Positions 21,550 through 31,884 of a stretch of DNA of 64,000 nucleotides are shown here, piece by piece. How positions within the stretch are numbered: position 1 is the stretch's first letter; the number at the start of each line of letters is the position of its first letter. Under the pieces are notes generated by a model. That model had not been told where the DNA came from and ran no database searches. It was given only the letters and a program-made list of their open reading frames with translations. The stretch lies in the NCBI GenBank assembly GCA_963769935.1, contig CAVYNY010000017.1, forward strand, positions 96,001-160,000, written 5' to 3'. Made by a program: the position numbers and the translations under genes. This DNA is from an uncultured delta proteobacterium. GTDB lineage: Bacteria > Desulfobacterota > Desulfobacteria > Desulfobacterales > JAFDCJ01.

Positions 21550-22027
21550 GGTTTTCCTTCGGGGGTATACCCCTGTTAAAACAGATGGTCCCGGGGTGCC
21601 ATGTGCGCTCAACAGACAAGGCGGTCCGAACACCTGCCGGATTCAGCGAACGCCCTCTGTACCGGGCATCTGTGAGCAGCCCGTTGCCTGAGCGGACGGA
21701 TGATCTTCCAGCCAGTATTTTAAATTACCCAGCATAACCGCTAAATTTCTTCATGGATAAATTCTTCCTCGCTGATGTTCAATACCATCGGCAACTCCTT
21801 CATACTGTCGGATTCCGGAGGACCATAATGAGCAGAGGCAACAAAAATATTTTGATTTGCCGGCTTATCATCACTTTTCCTGTTACTCCTTTCGGGCCTT
21901 TTTTTGTTCGGCCTATCGTCATTTTCCTTCCTCCCCTGAGTCATCAGGCAAAACATCTCGCATCGGATTCATAAATTCCGACTGGCTGCATTTTTAATGA
22001 TCCTTCGCAGGCCTTTGAAGGTTCAGG

Positions 22028-23116
22028 CTATGGTTCAGAGCAATATTTCTTTCCTCTTCCTTCCGAAATTTCGCACAACATGCCGCCGTTGCCGCATTGG
22101 GCGGTCTCAAACTGCAAAACGGGATGATCAATGCCGAAGCTGTGAAATAAAGCATGACGAATTTTTTGACCGATTTGCTCGGTCCGGCTTACGGGTTGAT
22201 CCGCCACCTCTATGTGGCAGGAAAAAGCAACGCTGGTTGAAGACACATTCCAGGCATGCATGTAGTGGATGCCCACAATATCCGGCAGTTTCAAAAGTTG
22301 CTTTCTGATCTGTTCAAGATCGAGTCCCTTGGGGGTGGCATTCATCAGAACCAACCCGGATTCTTTTAAAATTCCCCAGCAATTCTCCAAAATAAAGAGC
22401 ACAATCAGAATCGACAACACCGGGTCCAGCCAGTACCAGGGTTTAAAGATCAACACCACGCCGTTGATGAAGACGACCACCGAGGTGAGCAGGTCTCCCA
22501 GCATGTGCCAAAAGGCTCCGCGGACATTCAGGCTGTGTTTCGAATCCCGGTGCAGCAGCCAGGCCGAAAGACCATTGCCGGCTATACCGACCGCCGCCAG
22601 TCCCATAACCAGCCGTCCAATCACCGGCTGCGGATTCTGAAACCGCTGGATGGCTTCGAAAACAATGAAGGCGGCTGCTCCCACCAGTATTACCACATTG
22701 ATCTGGGCCGCCAGAATTTCAGCACGGCGATAGCCGAACGTGTTTTGCACCGTTGCTCCCTTTCGACCGATACGAAAAGCGATATAGGATATCAATATGG
22801 CGCCTGAGTCGCTGAAATTGTGAATTGCGTCCGAAATCAGCGCCACACTATTGGCCAAAACCCCTCCGATGATCTGGGCGATAGGGATAATAAGATTCAA
22901 GCCCAGGGTCATCAAAAGACGGGATCCGCTGGTATCTTCCATGTTCACATGGTGATGCGAATGGCTGTGTGCATGGCTATCTGTCGCTTCATCCTCCTTC
23001 TGGTGGATTTGCGTTGAAGACAAATACTCCAGGTGATTGTCGATATGGATGTCGGTGTTCTTATTCATTTGTGGTATATTCCGCTTCATGTTTAGGCTGT
23101 GGTCGGATTTCATCAT
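22028..23116 (-). CDS. Cation diffusion facilitator (CzcD-like)
   Basis: His-rich N-terminus, SVALISDAIHNFSD, TFGYRRAE, HMLGD. Confidence 0.9.
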   Translation of the reverse strand: MMKSDHSLNMKRNIPQMNKNTDIHIDNHLEYLSSTQIHQKEDEATDSHAHSHSHHHVNMEDTSGSRLLMTLGLNLIIPIAQIIGGVLANSVALISDAIHNFSDSGAILISYIAFRIGRKGATVQNTFGYRRAEILAAQINVVILVGAAAFIVFEAIQRFQNPQPVIGRLVMGLAAVGIAGNGLSAWLLHRDSKHSLNVRGAFWHMLGDLLTSVVVFINGVVLIFKPWYWLDPVLSILIVLFILENCWGILKESGLVLMNATPKGLDLEQIRKQLLKLPDIVGIHYMHAWNVSSTSVAFSCHIEVADQPVSRTEQIGQKIRHALFHSFGIDHPVLQFETAQCGNGGMLCEISEGRGKKYCSEP

Positions 23117-23433
23117 CTCCTCGTTAGTCGCCTCATAAATAGGGCGAATTTCTCATTCGGAGGGATTTGTCTTTTTGATAATGCGATGAATGCTTTTTAC
23201 CGGACGGATCGATTGTTATGATCCACTGCTTTGGGGAGAAAATGTAGATCAGATTAGAAGGCAGGTAGTTAATAAATAGATCGGCGTCGATTTTTTTATG
23301 ATCGCTCCAGAAATTAACTGCCAGCAAAAGGGTTAACAGCAAATATTGTATTCTTTGCCTGTTCTCACTATCCGTTTTATTCATTGTCGACATTTGCAGC
23401 GTATCCCCACCTTTTCCCCAAATAAGAGGATTT

Positions 23434-24141
23434 TTAAGATAATATTAGCGGATCGATAATAAAATACACTCCCAAAAGGACGATGGTAATTCCGGCTGCG
23501 CGTCGAAACCACAAACCGGCACCCTGCCAGGCGCTGCTTTCGGTCAGTTTGCGCACCATGGCCGTGGAACTGCCGGCCGCGACGATGGGAAGGCAGTGAC
23601 CCAGGGCGAAGAGGATCATCATGACCGAACCCGCGACGATTTTCTGCTGCACGGTGACGATGGCCAGGATCGGGGCGATGAAGCCGAAGGTGCAGGATCC
23701 GGACAGGATGCCGTAGGCGAGCCCCAAGCCGAACGCGCCGTGGATGCCCCGCAATTTCAACCGGTAGAGCAGCGCGCCGGACATGGAGCATGCCTGCACG
23801 CCGAGCATGCCCAGGGCCACCCAGATCAGGACGCCGCCGACAAGGATCTGCCACCATATGCCCACATCGCCCAGCATACGGCCCAGCAGGGCGCAGACGA
23901 TCCCTGCGACAGCGATGGTAATAAAAAGCCCCAAGGTGAAAGCGCCGGCATACCAGGCGGCCCGCCGGGGGTTAACGGCGCTTTCCTGCCCGCCCACATA
24001 GGCCACGATCAAGGGGATGGAGGCCAGGTGGCAGGGGGAAAACAGCACGCTGACCATACCCCAGGCAAAGGCGCCCACCGCGGCGACGGCCAAACCGCCG
24101 GTCATCCATTGATTTACGGTCAGCAGAAACTGATCAAACAT
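23434..24141 (-). CDS. ccdA: CcdA/DsbD-type thiol-disulfide membrane transporter
   Basis: SPCHLASIP, SCTFGFIAP, 6 TM helices. Confidence 0.85.
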   Translation of the reverse strand: MFDQFLLTVNQWMTGGLAVAAVGAFAWGMVSVLFSPCHLASIPLIVAYVGGQESAVNPRRAAWYAGAFTLGLFITIAVAGIVCALLGRMLGDVGIWWQILVGGVLIWVALGMLGVQACSMSGALLYRLKLRGIHGAFGLGLAYGILSGSCTFGFIAPILAIVTVQQKIVAGSVMMILFALGHCLPIVAAGSSTAMVRKLTESSAWQGAGLWFRRAAGITIVLLGVYFIIDPLILS

Positions 24142-24206
24142 ATCCGCATCGATCCTTTGCTAAAAATGCCAATGGGGACTAAGCACATATTTTTTCATGA
24201 CTTTCA

Positions 24207-24596
24207 TTATTCAATTCCCATTTTTTTTAGCTGGTTGACGATCGCCTTTTCACTCATGAAACCGACATGGCGGAAGACCTCCTTGCCGTTTTCATGGAAA
24301 AATATCTGCGTGGGGATGGCCCGTATTCCAAAGCGCCGGGCCTGTTCCTTGTGCTTCCAGACATCAATGAACACAATGGCGGCTTTTTCCGCATATTGTT
24401 TTTCCATCTTCTCAATGATGGGAGTCATCATTTTGCATGGAATGCATTCAGTGGCACCCAAGTCGATCATAGTAACCTTGCCTTTGACCGGTACGTCATC
24501 GAAATCTTCGGCCATGGCGACACCGGCTGTCAAGACAGCCGCGACAAACAATAATGAGATGCTCCGCAGGCAGATGCCGGCATAATATCGATTCAT
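24207..24596 (-). CDS. Exported thioredoxin family protein
   Basis: Signal peptide, CIPC, IPTQIF. Confidence 0.85.
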   Translation of the reverse strand: MNRYYAGICLRSISLLFVAAVLTAGVAMAEDFDDVPVKGKVTMIDLGATECIPCKMMTPIIEKMEKQYAEKAAIVFIDVWKHKEQARRFGIRAIPTQIFFHENGKEVFRHVGFMSEKAIVNQLKKMGIE

Positions 24597-24794
24597 AAAT
24601 TACCCCTATCGGTCAGAAACTGATTGGTCCTTGTATCGGCGTCTACTTTTGACCAGTTGAACCTCGCACCGATATTTGCTTCTATTATCTCATATGCCTG
24701 CCAACTGAATCTTTCGGAGGAGGGAAGGCAGTGCGTTTCGCCAAAAGTAAGGTGTTAGTAAACGACCGCAGCTTGCTTTTTTAGAGCTGTACGA

Positions 24795-25220
24795 TTAGCC
24801 GCAGCAGGAGCTCGTCACACCTTTAGCCGCTGGCTCAGCCGAAGCTTTGCGAGCACACGCTGTTTGCATGGCGTTCTTGACAGTTTTGATATCTTCAGGT
24901 TTCAGGTTGAAGTCCTTGTTTTTTTCAATCCCGAGTTCGGTTACCACAATATAATTTTTAAGCGGCACCTTCGCCTGTTCAAGAATGGCTTTAGCACATC
25001 CCACCGAGCAACCGTCGATGGCCACCATTTGCGGTACATCTTTGGCAGACTGGACAAACCCGCTGAGTTGCCCGCCAATGCCGGCCAGGCAAAACATTTT
25101 GCCGAAACCCTCGCGGGTTAATTCCACCGCCGCTTGATTGGTGAGCTGTCCCACGTTGGAACCGCCCGAGCAGGCCAGGATCATAATGTTTCCATCTGGA
25201 GTACAACAATCGTTAGCCAT
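24795..25220 (-). CDS. DGC-domain putative zinc-binding protein
   Basis: ACSGGSNVGQ, FCLAG, IDGCSVGC. Confidence 0.85.
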   Translation of the reverse strand: MANDCCTPDGNIMILACSGGSNVGQLTNQAAVELTREGFGKMFCLAGIGGQLSGFVQSAKDVPQMVAIDGCSVGCAKAILEQAKVPLKNYIVVTELGIEKNKDFNLKPEDIKTVKNAMQTACARKASAEPAAKGVTSSCCG

Positions 25221-25387
25221 GTATGGCCTCCTTTTATGCTTGTTTGTTAAAAATCTGGTACTTTGCCAAAAAAATTATTCAACCGGTGCATATCCAATTG
25301 GTGCTGACTTCATTATTGAAAGACTCTCTGTTTACATCAAAATGCCGGCGGCATTATTTACGGAAAAATCCTATGCGATCACTGGAA

Positions 25388-26578
25388 TCAGGCCGGCTCC
25401 GATTCAGCTGCCAGACGGGATGGAACGACCTGGCCGTTGATCAAAATAAAGCTCAGCATCAGCGTGATGACTAAGGCAGCGGCGTAGATCATGAACAACG
25501 CGGACAGGCCGTAGACGGATGCGATTTTTCCGCCGATGGCTGTCCCGAGACCTCCGCCGCCCATGAAGCAAAAAGCCACCAGAGACATGGCCGCCCCCCG
25601 CGCTTTGCGGGCGAACTCAGTGGCACGCGTTAAAAGGGTGGAGTGGGTGAAAATAAACCCGAGACCCAGCAATCCGATGCCGACCACCAGCCACCCGACA
25701 CTGGGGCCGAAATAATAGATGAAAAAGTCGGCCAGAGTGGCAAACATAAGCCCCAGTGTCAGGATTTTGCGGGCACCGATTTTTGGAACGAGTTTGCCGC
25801 TTAGGCGCCCGCCGACCACCGTCATCAAGCCAAAAGCCGTCATGATAATTCCGATGGTCAGGTAGTTGAAATGATGTGTTTTAGCAATGAAGGCGCCGAG
25901 ATAGGAAAAGCTGCCGATGATGAACATGCCTTCCAGCAATATCAGAATATAGGTAAACAGGCTTTTGGGATCGGCCAGAAGTTTCAAATAAGGCGCAATA
26001 AATTTACTGTCCGCATGCTTGGTATCCGGCAGCAGCTTATAGTTTTTGATGAGCATCACCATCGGAATGACGGACAGCAGGGCATAGATCGCGAACACGC
26101 CGCGCCAGTTTAAAAAATAGGCAATCGCGCCGCCGGTAACCATGCTTAAGCCCTGACCGAGAAAGGATATGCCCATGAAGTTTCCGATGGCGCCCTGTCT
26201 TTGCTCGATCGGAAAAATATCGCCGATCAACGCCAGCGATATGGGCATCACGGCCGCCGCAAAAATGCCGGTCAGCGCCCGGTAAATCGCCAGATCGGTC
26301 AAGCCAAAGCCCGCCGCACACATTCCGGTGGCGATGGTAAACAGTATCATCGAAAAAGTTATGACCTGTTTTTTGCCGTAGCGATCCGCCAGGGGACCGA
26401 AAATAATTTGAAAAATGCCAAAAGGAATCATGTAAGCGGCGATCAGAAGCCCGGCACGCTCGACTGCAACGCCTATATTTTCAGAAATCGCAGGCAGAAT
26501 GGGTGACACGACCCAGTTATCGGCCATAACAATAAATCCCAAAAAACCAAGTAAGATGACAATTCTATTTTTTTTCAA
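25388..26578 (-). CDS. MFS transporter
   Basis: GPLADRYGKK motif A, 12 TM helices; TTG start after GAGGGAG. Confidence 0.9.
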   Translation of the reverse strand: MKKNRIVILLGFLGFIVMADNWVVSPILPAISENIGVAVERAGLLIAAYMIPFGIFQIIFGPLADRYGKKQVITFSMILFTIATGMCAAGFGLTDLAIYRALTGIFAAAVMPISLALIGDIFPIEQRQGAIGNFMGISFLGQGLSMVTGGAIAYFLNWRGVFAIYALLSVIPMVMLIKNYKLLPDTKHADSKFIAPYLKLLADPKSLFTYILILLEGMFIIGSFSYLGAFIAKTHHFNYLTIGIIMTAFGLMTVVGGRLSGKLVPKIGARKILTLGLMFATLADFFIYYFGPSVGWLVVGIGLLGLGFIFTHSTLLTRATEFARKARGAAMSLVAFCFMGGGGLGTAIGGKIASVYGLSALFMIYAAALVITLMLSFILINGQVVPSRLAAESEPA

Positions 26579-26710
26579 CTTGACAGCTCCCTCAGGAAAT
26601 TCTGTCAGCAGGCATATCAAACCCTTTTAACGGTAGGGTATGGACATGCCCGCTGGGTTGATTGTTGGTGTGGAACGGTATTGCTGCCTCAGCTTAATCG
26701 AAGCGTGATG

Positions 26711-26944
26711 TTATTCGGCCAACCAGGACTTAACCTCTTCTTTTTTGGGGATTTTGCCGACGCTTTTGACTTGGCCGTCAATAACAACAGCCGGCGTGCC
26801 GAACACACCGTAGCCGGCAATTTCCATAGTGTCGGTCACATGTCCGACGGTAGCATCCACGCCCGCTTCCGCTAAAGCTTCTTTAACGATTTTTTCTGTC
26901 TGTTGACATTTGGGACAACCGGGTCCAAGCACTTTGATTTCCAT
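26711..26944 (-). CDS. Small redox-active disulfide protein (thioredoxin-like, MTH895 type)
   Basis: MEIKVLGPGCPKC, TPAVVIDG. Confidence 0.9.
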   Translation of the reverse strand: MEIKVLGPGCPKCQQTEKIVKEALAEAGVDATVGHVTDTMEIAGYGVFGTPAVVIDGQVKSVGKIPKKEEVKSWLAE

Positions 26945-27003
26945 GATGAGTACCTCCTGATTAAAAAATTTAATGTTTGACTAATTTTTTGTGGGCTTTT
27001 ATT

Positions 27004-27508
27004 TTATTGTTTCGCAAATGCATCTTGCAGCCATTGCTTTAGCTTTGTTTTGGGTGGAATTGAACCGACCGACTTGACCGCGCCGTTGACAATCAGCGCC
27101 GGGGTGCCCATCACCCCGTAGCTGCCGATTTCAGCGATGTCGGTAACGTGCTCGACATCAGCCGCCATATTCATCTCGGCCATCACCGCCATCAGATCCT
27201 GCTCCAGCTGGTTGCAGCGCGTGCAGCCGGAGCCCAGCACCTTGATTTCCAGCCCGTCCGGACCGCTGTTCTCAATTGGACGGCCGGTAAATTTTTTAAA
27301 CTCTCTTAAGAAAGCGTTGCCGTATTCCGCTTTCGACGACTCGGGAATATAGTTGCGCTTAGCGAGCCGTTTTAATAGTTCGCTACGAATTTCTTCATCG
27401 GATTGGACGGCAAACCCTTCAGCCACTTCGGTTAGAACAGGCTTCAGCCCGATAATGCCGGTGCGATCCCCTCCGACTTTTGATTTGAGTGATTTCATCT
27501 GAAGTCAT
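27004..27508 (-). CDS. Two-domain small thioredoxin-like protein; +1 homopolymer frameshift near 27479
   Basis: IKVLGSGCTRC; the N-terminus MTSDEITQIK joins VGGDRTG if one A is removed. Confidence 0.75.
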
Positions 27509-27536
27509 GATATTATTTTCTTCTCCGTTTAAGTGG

Positions 27537-28925
27537 TTAAGCGAAAAAATGGCCGAAAATCATGCCGCTGATAGTGGCCATGACCACCACCAGGCTCACA
27601 AAGGCCACCGTCTTCTTAGTACCCATGATACTTCGGATCACCAGCATGTTGGGCAGGCTCAGAGCCGGACCGGCCAGAAGCAGCGCCAGGGCCGGACCCT
27701 GCCCCATTCCGGCGCCGAGAAGACCTTGCAGAATCGGTACCTCGGTCAGCGTGGCAAAGTACATAAATGCGCCGACTACCGATGAGAACAGGTTGGCCCC
27801 CAGGGAATTGCCACCCACCAGTCCGGCGACCCACTTGGATGGAATCAGGCCTTCCGAGCCGGGTCGGCCGAGTAAAAGACCTGCAACCAGCACCCCGCCG
27901 AACAGCAGCGGGGTAATCAGCTTGGCAAAATCCCAGGTGGACGTAAACCAGGATTCGGTTTCCCCGCGGGTGGTGGTCAGCAGCACCACCAATGCAATGA
28001 TGCCGGCCGCAAAGGCAATCAGGGGCCGGTGCGGGAAAACAAATGCCAGGACCAGAACGGCGGCGGCGGCTAGGACGACTTTAATAGCTTTTACGCGGAA
28101 CCATTTGGTCAGCAGCACGCCGAGCGCAATCGCAAAAAACCCCGTCAGCCACCACTTGACGCCGTAGACCGTATTCCAAAACCCCACCGGTTGTTCGGGT
28201 TTGCCCCAGGTGGCAAAGATCAGAACTCCCACCATGCAGGCAAAATAGATCACATTCTGCCACAGCGGCCGCTCCACTTCCTGCTCCGGCAGGTGCAGGG
28301 CTGCCTGGGCCTTGGCCTGCTCTTCCTTGCGGAACATGAGATGCATGATCAGGCCGATGACCACGCTGAACAGCACGGCTCCCACGGCCCGGGCCACGCC
28401 GAGGGGCAGCCCGAGCACCCTGGCGGTCAAGACGATCGCCAGCACGTTGATCGCCGGGCCGGAATACAGAAACGCAATGGCCGGGCCGAGGCCGGCGCCG
28501 CGCTTCCAGATACCGGCGAAAAGCGGCAGCACCGTGCAGGAGCAGACCGCCAGGATGGAGCCCGACACGGAGGCCACTCCATAGGACATGACCTTTTTGG
28601 CGCCGGCCCCCAGGTATTTCATGACCGCGGCCTGGGACACGAATACGGAAATGGCGCCGGCGATGAAAAAGGCCGGCACCAGGCACAGCAGCACGTGCTC
28701 CTGGGCGTACCACTTGACTAAAGCCAACGACTCGATCACCGCGCCGGTAAATCGGCTATTGTTTATCGGAAGCCAGAAAAATATAAGAAAAACGCCGATA
28801 ATGAGACTTAAAGGCTTCCATATGGCTTTCCAATCGATTGAGCTGGGTTGGGTGTCAACCTTTTCAACCTTAGAGGATTGTTTGATGCCGGCCCTATGTT
28901 CAGTAACTGCGGATGGTTCACTCAT
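27537..28925 (-). CDS. arsP: ArsP-like (DUF318) permease
   Basis: EHVLLCLVPAFFIAG, AVCSCTVLPLF, MYFATLTEVPI. Confidence 0.85.
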   Translation of the reverse strand: MSEPSAVTEHRAGIKQSSKVEKVDTQPSSIDWKAIWKPLSLIIGVFLIFFWLPINNSRFTGAVIESLALVKWYAQEHVLLCLVPAFFIAGAISVFVSQAAVMKYLGAGAKKVMSYGVASVSGSILAVCSCTVLPLFAGIWKRGAGLGPAIAFLYSGPAINVLAIVLTARVLGLPLGVARAVGAVLFSVVIGLIMHLMFRKEEQAKAQAALHLPEQEVERPLWQNVIYFACMVGVLIFATWGKPEQPVGFWNTVYGVKWWLTGFFAIALGVLLTKWFRVKAIKVVLAAAAVLVLAFVFPHRPLIAFAAGIIALVVLLTTTRGETESWFTSTWDFAKLITPLLFGGVLVAGLLLGRPGSEGLIPSKWVAGLVGGNSLGANLFSSVVGAFMYFATLTEVPILQGLLGAGMGQGPALALLLAGPALSLPNMLVIRSIMGTKKTVAFVSLVVVMATISGMIFGHFFA

Positions 28926-29014
28926 TTTTGTATTTCCTTTCTCCCTTATGATCCATGCTGAATCTATAAAATTTATCTGAATATTTAAGTCGGGGGGCAG
29001 TGTTTAATAAAACG

Positions 29015-29038
29015 CTATATGCATATTTAACGATATAT
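29015..29038. promoter_or_regulatory. Second copy of a putative ArsR operator, upstream of the permease
   Basis: CTATATGCATATTTAACGATATAT, an inverted near-copy of 29407-29430. Confidence 0.6.
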
Positions 29039-29052
29039 TAAAATAAAAAAAA

Positions 29053-29397
29053 TTAGCCCCGGCAGATATCGATTCGGTTTATAAAAGGTGCTTTTTTCAT
29101 CATTTCTGCGATTTCAGCATCTTCGTTCAACCAGTGCTGAAGATTGCCAAGCAGACTGGCGGCATAGGGGCTACTCTTGCCGTTGGCAAGGGAATAGTTT
29201 ACCCACAAGCCTTCTTTCCTATAGTCAACCAACCCGGCCTCTTCGAGTATTTTCAGGTGCTTGGATACCGTCGGCTGAGCCAGCTTTAATGCCGCCTGAA
29301 GCTCACAAACGCACATAAATTTTTGCTGCAGCAGCTTGATAATTTTGACCCGATTTGGGTCAGACAACGCTTTCATGACTTTCACAAATGATTTCAT
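29053..29397 (-). CDS. arsR: ArsR/SmtB regulator
   Basis: KALSDPNR, MCVCEL, QPTVSKHL, C-terminal IC. Confidence 0.9.
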   Translation of the reverse strand: MKSFVKVMKALSDPNRVKIIKLLQQKFMCVCELQAALKLAQPTVSKHLKILEEAGLVDYRKEGLWVNYSLANGKSSPYAASLLGNLQHWLNEDAEIAEMMKKAPFINRIDICRG

Positions 29398-29406
29398 GAT
29401 AACCTC

Positions 29407-29452
29407 ATATATCGTTAAAATAGAATATAGTCGGTCTCGCCACTTTTGTCAA
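29407..29452 (-). promoter_or_regulatory. Sigma70 promoter and ArsR operator
   Basis: TTGACA at 29452-29447; imperfect palindrome TATATCG-N8-GAATATA. Confidence 0.6.
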
Positions 29453-29489
29453 ATCTTTTTTGCAAAAATTAATACCGAAATTCTAAACC

Positions 29490-29868
29490 CTAACAAATCT
29501 CCAAAGCAATCAGTGTAATGTCATCATGGGTAAGCGATTTTTCGGCATAATCATGCAATTTTTTGAGCACCACAGATTTAAGTTCGGAAAGAGAGGCTTT
29601 CGGGTTAGCGTCAAGGACATCTTTAAGACGCGTTAATCCAAAATTTTCACCCTTGGGGCTGGGTGTGTCGATGATGCCATCGGTATAGACCAAGAGCCGG
29701 TCTCCGGGCGCCATCGAAATCGTGAATTGCTCGTATATCGTATCAAATTCGACTGCAAGGGGGATGTTCAGCGGAAAACTGTCACTCTCATCTTTCCGGT
29801 CTGAGGGTCTTGCATAGGACCAGGCTTTGTCGCCCGTTCGCCTGTATAGAATTGGGGGGTGTCCGGCA
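29490..29868 (-). pseudogene. C-terminal fragment of a SpoIIE (PP2C) phosphatase
   Basis: AGHPP..PLAV..GDRLLVYTDG..DDITL with no N-terminus; abuts the stop of the upstream gene. Confidence 0.75.
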
Positions 29869-29876
29869 GAAAATTA

Positions 29877-30410
29877 TTAGTTGCTCAACAGTTTTTCCAT
29901 TGAGATCAATAATTCATTTTTTAGATCGTTACGGGCGCGATATTTACATTTGGCGGCCCAATCATCGGTTAATTGATGCATCCAGTATATAGGCTTTGGC
30001 GGTGTTTTCTTCCATTCCACAAATAGCCGGTAAAAAAGATAAATATCCCAGGCGACGTTCCCGGCCCAGCCAACACTGTCGGCGATTAGCTTGCCGACCT
30101 TTTTGTGTGGATCGTAAAAATGCTGGATTCTTTTATCGCTTAAGAATTTAACAGATGGAAGGGCCGCCTCCAAGGAATCATCCTCGAGCATGGGAATCCA
30201 AATGATTGCAGCGCTGATATCTGCATCGGGATATTTTTCAAAAACATTTTCATGCACCGCACGGGCACCTTTGTCACGTCACATGGGGCATGTAGGAGAG
30301 AGCAAGGCGAAGAATCGGATTTTGTCACGATCCCTGTTAAATCGCTCTTTAAGCGATTCCAGAGACTTGTCCAGGTTAATTATACGAGTTGACTGGTTGT
30401 CATTTTTCAT
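29877..30410 (-). CDS. Thioredoxin-like selenoprotein with CxxU motif
   Basis: ATG at 30410 reads LLSPTCPM-TGA(30281-30279)-RDKGARAV in frame into ORF 29877..30257; a hairpin follows the TGA. Confidence 0.75.
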
Positions 30411-30666
30411 TTCAAAAACCTTTCAACTTATCCACCACCCGGCGGATATCGGCCAAGCATCATTTTCCCTTAGGGTTCATCGTCGCGCAGCGGCAATTGC
30501 CAAACTTCTTTTCCATTTGGATTCTTTCCATTATCGTTGACTTGCCATTTTCTAAATAGTCCCGGTTAATATCATCGGCCGAGTACTCGAAACAGTAGCA
30601 AATTAAGTTCTTCACAAAGCTCTTCCTTTTGAATTTATATGGGACCGTTGCGTTTCACACCGCGTT

Positions 30667-30842
30667 ATATGAGACTGCATCTCACACAGAGCGCTCAGAG
30701 GTCACAGAGGTTCGGGTTAGTAGTCGCCTGCGGCGAAAGAAAAATGTTCTCCGCGGTCTCTGCGAGCTCTAACGAAGTGGGCGTGATAGTAAGTCCAACT
30801 GTGTCCGAATTCCCAAAAGTTTCTTTCTCGATTAATCTGGCC
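30667..30842. repeat. Composite intergenic repeat element, copy 1
   Basis: Shares arms GGCCRG..ATCRARAAAGAAAC and TGMAGTYTCATAT, plus an internal CACAGAG/CTCTGCG hairpin, with 53092-53268 (opposite orientation). Confidence 0.6.
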
Positions 30843-31596
30843 TTCTTTTGGGTAAAGTCAGGAACACTTTGCGGCTGAACTTATGAAGCACCGGGGTTCC
30901 CATGCCGTGCCGGATGGCTTTCAGGGTTTTTTCTTTGTCGATCGGCACGGTGCCGGCGAGCATAGCGACCGGCAGGTGACGGAAGGCCTCCGCCGCCATG
31001 GGCGTGCTGGGACCGAGCATCACCGTTTTTACCTTTTCCGCGACATTGGCCAGAATTTCTTCAGTGCTGTTGTTCAAAATGGAAGTGGAGGTCAACAGCA
31101 GTACCTGGGCCCAGTTTTTCAGCTTTTTATAGAATTCTTCCTTGTGGCCGAGTCCTCTGGAAGTATCCAGAATCTCCACGAAACTCCATTTTTTTCAAAG
31201 TTTCTGACCAGCGGACCGAAGTAGCCGACCATGGCGACCCGGCGGCCCCGGCCGATTTTAAATCTTTCGAACATGAGGCTGTTGTCGTCATCTTCGGGCA
31301 GCTCAAGGGCCGCTCGGTAGTTGAGGGCATTGATCAGGGCCAGGGCCATGCTTTTTTCAATGGGTATGTCGCTCTTAATTTTTTCAAGGAGCTGTTCCGC
31401 CGGATCGGCCTTCATAATCGACGCGGGTATTTAAAACCATGCAGGACTTTTTATCGCTAAAGTAGGTGTATGACAGGCCGATCCCGCCATCGGAGGTGGT
31501 GACGGCGGTGTAGCCGAGACCCAGGCTTAGTATCGTTACATTGACCTTTCGGGCCTGTTCGATGAATAGATCATAAAGCCTATTGTTTAATTCCAT
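30832..31596 (-). pseudogene. DUF364 (Rossmann-like) protein in three frames
   Basis: GLGYTAV, LALINAL, VAMVGYFGP, MLGPSTP; two single-base indels near 31405 and 31180. Confidence 0.75.
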
Positions 31597-31723
31597 TATC
31601 GGATTCTCCTTCGGGGTTAAGCTGCGGCGCTGCTGCGACGGCTTGAAACTATCATAGTTGCTGTTTTCCTACAACAGGTTCGAGGCTTCTCTCCAAATAA
31701 AATGCTGGAATGTTGGATAAATC

Positions 31724-31835
31724 GGTTAGCCCGTTTGCCGGTTAGCCGGTAGGCCGTTAAGCCTATTTATCGGTTAGCCGGCCAACGGCCCAACGGCCCA
31801 ACGGGCTAACCGGCTAACGGGCCCACGGGTCAACC
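31724..31835. repeat. Inverted array of degenerate octamers (CGGTTAGC/GCTAACGG)
   Basis: GGTTAGCCCGTT... on the left and ...AACGGGCTAACC on the right. Confidence 0.75.
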
Positions 31836-31884
31836 CGTCTCATTTCCGCACTCAAGTTTACCCTCATATCGGCCGATATTCCAG

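Noticed and set aside
21570..21725. Possible MITE upstream of the SpoIIE relic
   Set aside because: Terminal complementarity is too weak to call
23133..23393. Small ORFs 23133..23393 and 21741..21956 as real genes
   Set aside because: No recognisable domain; cannot be supported from sequence alone
24795..25220. Selenocysteine in the DGC protein or thioredoxins
   Set aside because: All redox positions are Cys codons
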